From Adineta vaga (lineage: Eukaryota > Animalia > Rotifera): a DNA stretch of 64,000 bases. The notes beneath the pieces are model-generated. The model saw only the letters and a list, made by a program, of their open reading frames with translations. It was not told where the DNA came from and did no database searches. The position numbers were made by a program, and so were the translations under genes. The stretch spans positions 2,666,001-2,730,000 of the forward strand of contig CP075492.1 of NCBI GenBank assembly GCA_021613535.1. The letters are read 5' to 3'. Below are positions 40,001-53,549 of the stretch, one piece after another (the first letter of the stretch is position 1; each line of letters opens with the position of its first letter).

Positions 40001-43000
40001 CAAATGTTATCTGAATTTTGCCGAATAGCTAATGAGACGATTAATGATGCAATCAATCGATATTTATCACAAGCTTTTATTGCTTCTTCTGTCATGAATG
40101 AAATCGATTTTAAACAACAAATAGATGCAGTGTTCACTCAACTTTATCAATCATTAATGTACAACTTTGATATCGTAAAAGATATTGTACATCTTATCAT
40201 ACAAGCTGATCAGTTGTTTAAAGGAATAATCGAACACATTTTTATAGATCAGTATACAGACTTAATCGGCTATATAATAACAAATGAAACAAATAATCAT
40301 AAAACAGCGAAGGTATGTGATGAATAAATAAGAAGAAGAAATTGATAAAAACAACGACACAATCTTATTAATTTCGTAGAAATGAGTGTATTTTTATAAA
40401 TATGACATCAACGAGGACATTTTGAATTTATTACACATAAGAACATAGGTACTATTTTATATGTGATTCTAGAATACATATTACTAACAATTACTCAACA
40501 GATTAATTCAAAATATCTCTCATTCATATAGAACATATTATTTCTATATTTGGAGATTTATTTAAAGTAGTACTGAATTCCCAATTGAATGCAGAATCCG
40601 TAGCGAAATGCATTGTATTAAGTGGCTATAAGATATAAATAAGCCTTCTAAAAATTATAACAGCTATGGTGGCGAAAGAAGGATTACATAAGTTATTTTC
40701 TTCTATATTATAGACAGAATAAATCATTAGTTGATTTCAAAAAGTTGCTATTTGCAGATTGTGAGTTTCCGAATCGTTACAAAGAACGTTTGATTAGCGA
40801 ATGAATAGGTTTAAGTTTTGTCATAGAAGACTGATGAGTGATTATATAGACATATATTGAAATAAGCATTCAAACAATTTTATTTGCAGTTAAGATTTGC
40901 TTTAAATCAAATTCACGAGATCGACTCCACGGCGACTAAATGCGTCTGTGCAATAAATCCAAATTGTCAAAGTACAGCTGCTATCTACTATGAATCTGAT
41001 GACTTAAATTTAATTTACTCTATACCTGGTTGGAGTCAAGGTTGTTCTGGTATGGATTCTTTACGGATGTCGACACTTCAATGTTTATATCCAAGTTCAG
41101 ATCCAGATTGTTTTCGTATCATATTGAGCTTTTTGACCAAAATACCGGACTCCGTTTCCTTTGTCGAATCGTCATCATTTGACTTCCAACCATTAGTTTA
41201 TGATCCAACAGTAAGTCGTTTTCCTCCCAATACTTCTATGTCAATAATCTTAAAAGAAATGATGCTTGAACAATGGAATGTATCTTCGTCGTACCAAAAT
41301 TTCTATGAATTATGTGCACCAACATATTGTTCTTATTCCCAAAGAGTTCGCAAGCAAACTTTTCTTGGAGTAGTCATAACATTAGTGTCAATGATTGGTG
41401 GTATTGTAGTCTCATTACGTCTTGTAACACCATATGTCGTAAAATTTATTTTGAGCTTATTAACAATGTCCAAAAGGAAGCCGAAACGAAGAGAACAAGG
41501 TAATCATTTATTGGATCAACTAACAAACGATATTGTTTGATCTCTCTATCTCCCTAGTTCATCGTAGCTGTCTCGATAGATTGACATTGTTTGTAGAGAA
41601 AGTCATCCTAATATTACGCACAACCATAGTTGAACTGAATATATTTAAATTACGCGATTTTGGAACTCATGTTGATCGAGTCACAGCAAAACGTTATGGT
41701 CGATGGGCGACTCGTCTTCATATCGTTCTATATCTTGGTAGTATTGCTATTCTTATTTTTTATACTGCTATTCAACCACATACTTTGACAAAAATTTTTG
41801 ATCAACCATCGCCTATTTCCTACAATCATTTGAGAGAAAAGTATGGTGACGAATTGAAATGTACATGCTCAAATGTTGCATCAACATATAATCGATTCGT
41901 TGAGATCAAACCAGTTTTTCATTCGGTAAGATTTATCTAAATTTCGATATCAGTCCTGTTTCGATTGTTAGATATAGATTTGTTTAAGAGAATTCGTTTC
42001 GGAAGAATGGCGTCTTGGTTTCATCAGTGGTCTTGATTCTAATCTATCTGTTTATCAACAAACCGATTATCGTCAATTTCTTTCTGCTCATTTACAATTT
42101 CTTCAAGGATTGTGTCGATTCTCGATACAATCAGTCAATAATTCCATCAATGAGTTTTTGACATCATTGTTAGTCACGAATGAAATTTTATCCAACAACA
42201 CTTTTCATGACCATCTTAATCTTCTAATCGAGAAAAAAAAATCGAATGCTCCTGTATTATTCTCCCGACTTCTCTTTTTGACGCGAAGTATCAATCATGG
42301 AAATGCTTTTATTTCGACATATGGAACAAATTTTGAATATATTTTTGGACCAGAAGGAAAACCGTCCGCATATACAGCTACAAAAGCGATAATCTATGAT
42401 AACGATTGTTCTTGTGGACTATTTTCAAATTGTACAACTCAAGCAACTTTTATTGAAACAAATTCTTCAGCAAAAGTTTCTATCAAAGGTTTGAAAATGG
42501 GATGTACACCAAGTGAATCTCTTCTTGTTTCGACTCTTGAATGTTTTTATGATCAATCATGTCTTGATCATATTCAAAAATATACTAATTATAAAGATTC
42601 TTTAAATCCTCTTTCAACAACGAACAGTAGCTTTCTTCAAAACATAACAATCGATGAACTCATTCATAATTTATTTCTTGAATCTTGGTCAACATCGATG
42701 GACTATTCGTTATACTATGAACAATGTTCACCTGCAGTTTGTTCATATACAACGACTGAAAGATTCAATATTTTGTACACGATCACTATTATCCTCGGTC
42801 TTCAAGGTGGTTTAACCATTGTTCTCAAATGGATTTGCCCAAAATTTGTTCGTATTGGATCAAAAATCTATCATTATCGAAAAACAAAAGCAAAATCTGT
42901 TCATCCTGTTGGTTCGATCTCATCATCCCCTACTTTGAATTGTGAAACTCAGATAGTATATACAACATCTCAGTAAGTCTTAAATGTGTTCATTTTCAAT

Positions 43001-46000
43001 TTGAAATGTTTTGTTTTTGTTTAGAAATAACATTGTTTCATCAATTCGACCTCGTTTGAAGATAATCCTCATAACTGTACTTTTAGTTTGTCTGATCACG
43101 TGTATTTCCATTTTTTCAATCTACCATATTCGACAAAATAGAAGTAGTTATCGCATTTCGTGTTGTTGAACATTCTAGAGCTACTTCTATCTTGAACTTA
43201 ATTCTCATCAATTTCCAGAATGTTCAACCTTGCGAAAATCCTTGCTCAGAACTATATGTAAGAGAATTGATCATTTCTTTTCAATTAGATTCTACGACAA
43301 ACTCACAACAAAGTGTCAATTTAAATACAACAATAAACACAACAATGACAACATCTTCGACTACAGAAGGTAATTTTATGAAAGAAACAGTTATTTATTA
43401 CTTGAAAGTATTTTCTAAAAATAATGTACTTTACTGTCACATATACTAGTAATCGATGTATTGAGAAGATTGAACTTTTAGTCATTACAGTTAGATAATA
43501 GAATTAGTTCTGAATTGATTTCCATTTCTAGAACCAATATGTCAATCACAATTTGAACACATAATAAGCAATTCACAATGTTCAAAGCTTAGTAATATCC
43601 CAAGTATTGTTACCGATGTCAACAATGATAATAAAATGGATATAATATTTCACTGTTATCTTACGGAAACATTAAATATTTTGCTCGGAAATGGCAATGG
43701 TACATTTCATGAAATGCTCACAGTCTCAGTGAGATGTTTTAATGGAATAAATTCATTTCGTATTGGTGATATGAACAATGATGCTCAAATCGATTTGATT
43801 ATAGTTTGTCAGCAGTGTTCAAATTTCTCTGAATGGAAATTTCCGGAATTTCTCGAAGTAACTATCAATATCATTTATTATACACAACTGAAAATACAGA
43901 CCTTAACAAACAAAAGCCACACAACAACAGAAATTCCTGAAATTTCAGGAATCATAGAGAATACCATTTATTATAAAAGACAGACCAGAGCTAGAGACAG
44001 GGGTAAGATAAGTGGAGAAATGGGTGAAACTTCGAAAATTTCAGAAATTATAGACAATATCATATGTTATACAAACCGAACTAGAGGTAGTCAGGGAGTA
44101 GGATTATTGGTGACATTTTCCAAATTTCTTGAAGTACTGTTTATATTAGAAGATATGATAAATTACGCATGAAAGAAAAAAATTGAACAAACAGTTTACT
44201 TTTAAAGGAAGCAAATATTAAAATTCCATGAACGTGAGGAAGTGTAGATATTTATCAAGATAGTAAGGGCTATAATACGTCATGGAATAGTTTGGCATAA
44301 AGAATGGAAAGGATCAAGGCGATGTTGAACAGTTCTCGAAATAAGTGGCTATGATTTTTTTAGTTTTGCAAACTTAACCATTACAACAATGAATGCCGAC
44401 TTTATAGATAATCGAGATCGTATACGTAAGTCCGATATGAGCAATGAAAGTTTTCAAAGGAGGAGCTATCAGCTTTTCTGGAACGTCTCAATCAATATGA
44501 TGATTCACATGTAATAGAGGCTAAACAGAGGAAGAGAGGAGGAGGGAATGAGAAAACTTTATAATTTTCTATATATATATAATAAAATTGTCGATAAAAG
44601 CGAAAATAACCTAAGATGATGGAGTGAAGACATGCAAGTGAAATTTACATAGTGCCTCTCTTACTATCTTGTATTTCTTCTGTATATAATATGTATTAGA
44701 TATTTTCAAGAATTTAGTTAGTAGACCAATCTATTATCATAGAGTTATACCCATTTGTTAGCTGTCTGATGTAAAATCATGTTAATCTGAAAAGAAGCAC
44801 GAATTTATATGCACAGTTATAGAGAGCATATAAAGAAGGCAGTGGAAGAGAGAAAATGCTAGAGTAAAGGAATTGACAGTGCTGAATGTTCAAATCAAAA
44901 GTGAAAGAGACAGCGAGAGAACGTAAGAAGAGATACGTCAAATGAGTTGACAAACTGAACAGATATCAGGTATCCCAGAGATCGTTAAACGCACAGGGAT
45001 GCAAACTCAATTCAAACGTGAAGAGAAACTTAAATAACGTATAGATGTTAAAAAAAATATAAACTACTCCTACTGAAGAGAAGACATTTCTAAACAGAGC
45101 TATAATAAATACCACTCGTATACAATAGGCAAAGCAGACCAGGAAAAGACATATCTCATCTACTGAGACATAATAGGGAACAGAGAAACAAGAGAGAACG
45201 CTAATTAGCACCCCATCTATTACTGTCCACTTTATAATGAGATGAATAAGACGAATAACACAAAAGAATATAATGCTCAATCTCAATCATCGCTATACTT
45301 CACCTGCCATTCACTTTACAATCACGATACAATTTCTCTCTTTCTTCTTTAAACTATCAAGGTCTGCCATAAAGTTATATTGAATATAACAGAAACATCG
45401 ATGTGTTCCTAACAGCCCCTTTCGCTCTTATTCGAAACAACATTTCAACTATCGGATAAAACTTCGATAAATCAGTTAATAAAGGATACAAACGACATAT
45501 TCGAAACAGACAGACACTATAATATGAATCCATGATAGCAACTTACTCGTAAACTTATCAGACACCAAAGAACTACATCCTCTTCAATACAACACGGTAA
45601 ACCCACTATAAAAAAGATTCAACGAAACGTGTAATATACTCTATAATTTCTGAAATTTCTGAAATTTCACCCATTTCTCCACTAATCTTACTCCTGTCTC
45701 TAGCTCTCGTCTCTTTTGTATAACATATGATGTTGTCTATAATTTCTGAAATTTCTTGAATTGCTGCTGTTCTGCGGCTTTTTGTCTCGTCAGGTATGTA
45801 TTTTCAGTTGTGTATGCCAAATGATATCGATAGTTACTTTGAGAAATTTCTGAAATTGCGTTTTAGAGAAATCTGATGTTACCTCGAACTTGTCACTTTA
45901 ACTATACTCTTGGTTTGAACATTTTATTCGGCTATGGTAATGGGACATTTCAAATGCAAAATATGCAATCGACAATTTTGAATAACACCTCTCCAAAAGA

Positions 46001-46724
46001 TATTTCCATAGCTGATCTTGATCAAGATAGAAATGTAGATATCATTTTTTTATTCAGAAATGATTACTATCTTTATGTATATTTTGGCAATGGTAATGGA
46101 ACATTTTCATCAATATTAATGATATATGTAGGATTTCGTAGTAATCCATCCCAATTAGCTATTGCTGATTTTAATAAAGATAGTTATTTAGATATTGCTG
46201 TGATGGACGATCAGTCTCACCATATTTATATATTTCTGTCGAATGGTCGTAAAGGTTTTCAATCACCGATACGAATTTTTACTGGCTGGAATATTCAAAC
46301 GCATATTTTAGTAGCTGGTGATTTCGATAATGATAATCAATCCGACATTGTTCTTGTGCATAGTTGGAGAAATGTTGGTTATATATTATATCAATATAAG
46401 AATGGCACTTTTAATGCTAAAAAACAAATTGTTATGCAATCACCTTTTGATTTATCTTCTTTTGCAATAGGAAATATAAATGGTGACAATCATTTAGATA
46501 TTATTATTGGTAAATATGAGTCAATTGGAATATATGGATTACTTGGAAATACCAATGGCAATTTTCAATCACAAGTGATTTATTCTGATGAACGCGAGAC
46601 ATATTTTGTAAAGGTTGTCGTCGCAGACGTCAACAATGATAATTGTCAGGATATAATTAGTACAAGCACTCTAAATACAACTATCAGTGTTTTCTTAAAT
46701 ACATGTAAATGTTCCAATCAATAG
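37046..46724 (+). CDS. Large multi-exon membrane protein: three TM-Cys-rich-TM modules, extra TM, Thr-rich linker, FG-GAP repeats; interrupted by a TIR element
   Basis: Modules at about 37046-39428, 39394-41500 and 41557-42976 share motifs with the 4579-8964 gene. Hydrophobic exon at about 43025-43143. FG-GAP repeats (DVNNDNKMDI, LLGNGNGTF, ADFNKDSYLDI) at about 43533-43818 and 45876-46724. Joining these into one gene is inferred. Confidence 0.7.
43819..45876. mobile_element. ~2.06-kb DNA transposon derivative with ~240-bp imperfect TIRs
   Basis: 43819-44060 is the diverged reverse complement of 45640-45876 (e.g. agagctagagacagg..gtggagaaatgggtgaaa). Flanked by TGT/TGT (or GTGTT/ATGTT). No intact transposase seen. 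Confidence 0.85.
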
Positions 46725-47122
46725 ATTTTCGAAAATGTATGAATGGCACTTAACAATATTTGCAAAAGATTTTAACTACTCTTATATTGCACTTTTTCAA
46801 AGTTCAGAACATTGCTGGACAATTCTTTTACTCTGCTTTCACTTTTGTTCTCGTTTCATTTATTTTCTTCATTTTATTGCATTATTTATTGCTTACACAA
46901 TGAAAAGAACTTTTATTTTAATCGCACATATTCTTTTTTTCTCAATAAAATAACAATAGAGGAGCGAGGGTGTGAGTGAAGATCTAGAGTCAACTAAACT
47001 CCACACTCACACTTATTCGGTATTTCAATTTTACGTGTTGTTTCAATTTTAATGGAGAATACATGACTAAAAAAGACCATTAATAAAGAATCCGACAAAT
47101 AATCGAAACAGTCATCAATAAG

Positions 47123-47190
47123 CTGAGGGTGTGGGTGTGGGTGTAAAATCAACTAGACTCTACACCCACACCCACACCCACCCACACCCT
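47123..47190. repeat. Inverted telomere-like (TGTGGG)n palindrome; best copy of a dispersed family
   Basis: tgagggtgtgggtgtgggtgta-spacer-tacacccacacccacacccacccacaccct. Confidence 0.8.
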
Positions 47191-47259
47191 TTTACAGATC
47201 TTACAACTATATAAGCTCATTGAAATTGCTCCTTTCAGAAGCTATGAGTACCTCCATAA

Positions 47260-50200
47260 CAGAGACTGACAGTATTGAGAAAACTTAGTACCGTCTCGTA
47301 CCGTGTACCAGTTTTATCAGCATTCCATCGTATCGTGCGATAAATTTTCTGTACCGCCACCGCTTAGGATTTACGGTATACCGTACTGCAAAATACCGTA
47401 CCGTGAGAATAAATTTTCAAATATTTTCAAAGCTGATATAATTTATTTTATTTCACATGTATAACTTTTCCAAAGGATTTCGATCAAAAAAAGTAAAGAA
47501 AACTATAATGACATGAGTAAAAACAATTTCATATGTATCATTTTCGAAAATACTATATACATAAACAAATACCGATAAACGTCATTGAAAGGAATAAAAA
47601 GATCGCAAGAAAATAACATTATCAAGGTGTGTCGATTTAATATTGGTTCGACGTTCTATAACAATATTACCAGCTGCACTGAATGATTTTCGACACATGC
47701 AGACGTAGCTGGTATACTAAATATTTGACAAGCTACTTTGAACAAAACAGGAAATTCCATTTGATGACTTTTCCAAAGATCGAGTGGATTATCAGAAAGA
47801 TCTGCAATATCAAGACGTTTACTAAGATATCTTTCTAATTCATCATCATCCATATCATACTCATCACTAACATTACCTGTTTCATGGTCGCCACCAAAAT
47901 ACTTGCACTTCTTTTAACATTATTCCATAGTATTATTATTTGAATCATGTGATGAAGATGTCGAAAGATATTTTTCTTTCTCAACAAGTTTTCTCATCAA
48001 TTGGCGAATAAATTATTTGGAAGTATTTTTATCATAACTGCTACTTTTCTTTAAATGTCGATATTTTGGATGAAGTATAACGAACTGGTTCAAATGTCGA
48101 GAACATTTCTCCAACTGATTGTAACAATCGAAGACGAAAACAACGAAGACCTATAGAAAAAAAGAAAAACATCTTATTTATTTGAAAAAGCTTATTTTTG
48201 AATAGCTTTTCTGTTAAGATAGCAGCTGAAAATAAAAAGAAATTTATTTACTAAATTACCTTCATCTTCATCAATTGAACGTGAATCATTGGAATCTAAT
48301 GAAGATAAATTTTCTTGTTGAGAATAAGTTTCGTTTTCCTTTTCATATTTCAACAAAGAATCAAAAGATGAAAGAGCTGATTGAAGACTACCGATACCAA
48401 TGATCATGAAATGAAGAGAAAGGTACTAATGAGGTTTGAAATTTGATGAGTGATTCTTTGAATGGTAATAAAAGCCGAATCAGACCATGTATGATTTCAA
48501 GTTCAGTCGCAAAACTTTTTTGCATATGTGCAAGAACTGTTTTGATAGAATACAACGATCGTTCAATAGATTCGAGTAGATTGATGAAGGACCACCAACG
48601 AACATTAATTGATTGTTTCAGACTCACTCCACCATGTTCTTTAATCTCTTGATTCAATCCAGCATAGAAAAAAAGAAACAATACTTTTGTGAAAAATCAA
48701 GTCTTTTCATTAAGAGCTTCTCTTCAGGTCAATATCTCACGTTATTTTACTAAACGTAAGAAAACTTACGTTGCAGTATTAATATTCATCATATACGTTG
48801 TTAGTGACATAGAGAAATTTTTATTCCTACTCAATTGATTACATTTAAGCAGAATCTGTTCATGTTGATATATAGATGAATGCTTACTTTTTTCACAAAG
48901 CGGACGAGCTTTTTACATTCAATCACATTTTGAAGAATATGAAGAGCTGTTCGTGGTACTTCAGCTAATGTAGTTATATTAATCAGAGATTCGCTATCTT
49001 CTTCTTCGCCAACATCAACATCATTAGAAGGAACCATATCTATATAATCTTCTTGATCTCTGTTTTTCACGATGTTACTCAATCGATGAGCAGCACATGA
49101 ATAAGCTTGAAAATGTTTTAAAGCTTTGACAAAATTGGCATCTCTATCCGAAACAAATGTTATATCACTAAGATCATTGATTTCGAATCGGCTCAAGGCC
49201 TTTTCCAGCTCCAATTTTAGAAATATTCATTATTTTCAAAATGAAACTTCATATACTCACAGTAATGATATTTTCAGCAGTTTTTTAACATTAGGAAATG
49301 GATGACAACATAAGTCAATGTTATATAAGTGATAATCGTCATCCACAAACGAAGCAGCAATACATAAATATGAACATTGTCGATTAGCGTCTGTCCATAT
49401 ATTAGGAGATATACAAAGTGAACCATTTCTATTAGGAGAAGCTAATAGCTTCTTTAATCAAGCTCGTTCAGTATCATCCAATTCGTGGATACGTGAAGAA
49501 ATTGTATGAGCTGAGCGAAGAATTTGATTTATATCAATATTATCATAGTGAGCATCTAAATAAAAAAAAGAATTCGATGCTTCTGAAAAGAATATGCAGA
49601 TAGTTTTCTTGAAAGTTTTTACGAGATTCATTATTATTTCATTCATTCACATAAGAATAATCATCAGTATCATTAAAACACACTTTACAGTTAACTTAAG
49701 CAGTATTAATAGAAATATAACTTGTTCGAGATTCGAAAAACATGAAAACAATTCTATTGAAAAAAATTAAAGAGGTTTCTATAAAAAATAAAATTACCGA
49801 TAGACACACAACGTTGTGCAATTTCACGAAAACCAACATCATCGAGAATAGCAAAAGGTCGCATATCTTTACATATCCATCGAGCCACTAAATCTTTCAT
49901 TTCTTTGGAATGAGAATCAGTTTATCGAACGGTTTTTGGATGACCAAATGCAGTTATTAAACTTTGAGAATGTGATGAAGCATGAGATGAAGATGAAGTA
50001 GATTTTGGTTTTTAAACAGCAGATTCACAATTGTGCTTGTTAAGAAAAGTGGTGCTGTTTGAAATATAAGAATAAGTAGTAAAGCAGATCTTACATGAAA
50101 CAAAATTTTTAATCTTTTGTGGAACACCATTCATACCAATCTTGGCGGGAAAACCAAATAAACGCCAGCAAACAGATGAATTTTTATTAGTTGAATTATC

Positions 50201-50641
50201 AAGAACAAGATATTGAGTTTTATTATGCTTCAGAAAATACTAAATTTTTTCACGAGTATAATTTTCATCTCATGATTTTGTCGAAGATGATGATGAAAGA
50301 GAAAAACCAGATGATAATGATAATGATCGTTCTACAAAACGTTTTGATATAGATTGATCAGGTAAAGATGATGATGATGGTTCACAAACATATAAATCTG
50401 GTTCATTAGAATCCGGTTCCATTACAGATCAGTTCTAAATGAATAGCAGTGAAATCTAAAAGATAAGAACAATAGACCGAAAGATAGTCAGTTTTTGTTG
50501 TGCTTTTTTTAGTTCTTCACATTATATACGAATAAAGAGCTAAGATAGATGTTACTGAATTTCATTGTCAGAAAATGATTATTTTTGCAAAGATCCGGGA
50601 ATGCGGTATAACCATCTCATACCGCGTACCGTCAGTCTCTG
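47260..50641 (-). mobile_element. hAT-superfamily DNA transposon, decayed
   Basis: TIRs CAGAGACTGAC / GTCAGTCTCTG. 8-bp TSD CTCCATAA / TCCCATAA (6/8 match). Subterminal TACCG repeats. Confidence 0.9.
47590..50422 (-). pseudogene. hAT transposase pseudogene, intron-containing
   Basis: BED finger (VCWRLFG..VSCKIC..LNKHNC), FVSDRDAN, CAAHRL, VRWWS, and hATC dimerisation motif ELERYL..NPLDLWK..FPVL..IFSIPATSA. Several stops and frameshifts. Confidence 0.88.
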
Positions 50642-51504
50642 TCCCATAATATAGCCCTTCAGAACCACTTGGGAGTACCATAATCATGTGTTTTTTGAAC
50701 TATGTCTAGTCTTAAACGATGTTTTCTTGAACAATATCGGCACTCTCAAACACATATGCAAAATTTGTTTTCGTATAACCCTCATCACAGTCGAAAGAAC
50801 AACCCATTATGATGAACAGATCGAGCTAACCTTAATCATCTGAGAATGTTTCTAATTAGTCTTAACGATGCTAAATTCCCCGTGATAAAGCTAACCAGTT
50901 AGTCGTTCATCGGCGTCCCCTCAGAGCGCCACTTACGACTAACTATTTCCCTGTGCACACCTACTTATGCATTATACGGTTGTCTTTTTGCTTACTATCT
51001 TTCTCATTCACCTTCATGGTTTTTTCAATTTTACCCATCGATCGAGCTAGACACTCTGATTGAATAGTATCGTTTATCCAAACCATATAGAAGTTTTGAC
51101 TGACTCAATATCCAGCCTGATAAAACCTTATATCGGTCCATAGGCGAGTATCGAAAAATCCGTAATTGGCTGGATTTCTTGAATGAAGAAACATGATCGA
51201 TCGAAAGTCCAAGGTTAAAGAAACAAATATGAGTAATGCTAGACCACGAAAAACTCTCATCGGTCCAAATCCCATTATCAAAAACGGCTGTGTCATTGAA
51301 TAACCCTAGAATTTTAGAAACTTGTTTGTTTGACGTTAGAATCCATCGCGTATCAAATTCTTTTGACTTTTTGGACAATTTCGAGAAAATGGTGACATTT
51401 GACCGTGACACAAACTATTTTTTTTCATATGACCCTCCTTTCAGTCGAGAGAAAAACAATTTAATGTATGAGTATTCAATTTTAAACATCATATAAGTCA
51501 AAAC

Positions 51505-52951
51505 TTAAATATAAATGATGAAGTCACCTCGTTGCTGTGCTGTTGTTTGAAGTTGCTCTTTACCCGCTGTTGAAAAGCCACAGTTACGCACATGTAATTG
51601 ATGAAACGCACTACGTGTTAACATAGAAGAGCAAATAGTATTTACACTGGCATCGGTTATTCGTCTGTTACCAGATAAAGTCAGGATTGTGACATTACTA
51701 GATCGGGAAACAATTGTCTCCAATAATATCGGAACTCCTCGATCAGTAATTTCGTTGTCATTTAGAATAAGTAGATTGTGAAGGGTTCCTTCGTAACGCT
51801 TCAGCCAGATATTCACAACCAACATCTGACATTCTGACAGAATTGAGATGAAGAAACTTTACTCCAGTATGTTCAGTTGCTAAACCTCTAGCAAGAAATT
51901 GAATACCTGCATCCAATAGGGGATTTTTATCAAGAATTATCTTGAAAAAATATGTGCCATGAACGAATGCCTGAGACAGTACAGAAGCACCAACAGATGT
52001 AATTGCATTATTACAAAGATTTAGTGTGCTACACTTCTTTTCGACAATCGCTAACTTAAGAACTATTTCCATATCTCGATCATTCAAATTCATCGAATCT
52101 AACTGCAAATGTTTGTACTCTTCGAGTGATCGAATAATTTGTTCCAGTCTTGGATTATGATATTTGCTGACCGCCAGATTAATGTTCAACATCAAATCAC
52201 CAAATGAATTAATCTCACGTAAATGAATTATATATATTCCATCAGCATGTTTTCTGCTTTCCATTACTTTAAAATTAATGCCAGGTAAAAGAATGATTTC
52301 ATCATCATTTTGAAGATGTGAATGTTCTCGAATAGATTTGCCGTATTTTGTTTCAATTTCAAATATTGTTTGAATTTTTTCTCTCCCTAAATACATCGGT
52401 ATTGAAGGACATCAAATGAAGATGTTACTGAAGTTAATGACCACCATGTCACTTCATCTCCTTCTCGATAATTTTCACGAATATCTTTCGCAACTCCACG
52501 CCAAACTGTATGATATTCAACATATCTACAATGGATGAAATCATTCCATGTTCACAAAGTTGAATTGCACTTACGGTAACTTGAAAAGTGCTGTAAACAA
52601 TAGTTTGAGATATTTGGACCATGATTGAAGTTGATTTCTATCCATAGTACAAAGTACTTGATTGAGTAGAACATAAAGACTGTGTTGTGGTTGATTCCAT
52701 TCCATTGTATATAAATAGATGGATGCAGATTCATCTTGTGTAAGTCCATGTTTGGATTGTTGTGAATTCAATCTAGCAACAGTGATGTAGAGTTGAAGTT
52801 CTGCATCGAGAAGATTTTCAAGTGGTTGACAAGCTTGCTCAAGAGAAACAAGTTCTCCTTGTTGATAATCATTAATTGGTTTGATATTTTCTTGTGATCG
52901 ATGAGAAATATCAATCAAAAGACGGGGATTTATTTCGAATGAGAAAGACAT
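51505..52951 (-). pseudogene. ART domain + RI-like leucine-rich-repeat protein with two frameshifts
   Basis: SIYLYT, TVWRGV, WWSLTSVT, NDDEIILLPG, then LRRs (LNLCNNAITSVGA, LILNDNEITDRGV). Intron at about 52573-52526. Frameshifts near 52402 and 51785. Confidence 0.75.
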
Positions 52952-53549
52952 ACTTGCACATATATCTACTCACTTTTCTTTTTCTTTCTTTCCAACTCTA
53001 TTCAAGTTTGAATATGATGTTTTGTCACATGCTGTAGACAGTGCAAATAGTTATGCAAATACAGAGGTGAAAACTAAGAACAAAAACAAGATACCTATAG
53101 ACTGTTGTAATGATAAGAAAAAGAAATAAGTTACATGAAGGGAAACGATGAAAAAAAACGTGTAGAATCTAGATTTCATCATCATGTGTATAGATTATCG
53201 ACACGATCATTTATAAAAGTATTTATAAAGATCGAATGTATAATATAATCGAATTATTTTCTTCTTCTCAGTTTCTTTAGATTGTTCTACCGAGAAAAAA
53301 AACAAATTACCGCGAAAAAGTTCCACTTTCTTAGCAAATAACATTATTTATAAGGCATATTAGAAGTTATTTTTATCTCCATCACTAATTGCTTTATTGT
53401 CATTGAAGAGAATATAGTGATGTTCAACTAAAAGCAAGTGAAGATCTCTCATAAAAAATAGAATGAGAGAAAAGGCGTTGAGTATTTTTTTCTCGGCATA
53501 TAAAGTAAAGTAGAAGAAAAAATGAACTTATATATCATTTTATAATAAA

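Noticed and set aside
43820-44172. C-terminal half of the 178-aa ORF
   Set aside because: Read-through into the transposon TIR.
47123-47190. True telomere or CRISPR-like array
   Set aside because: Only a few units, inverted and internal. No regularly spaced direct repeats and no cas genes.
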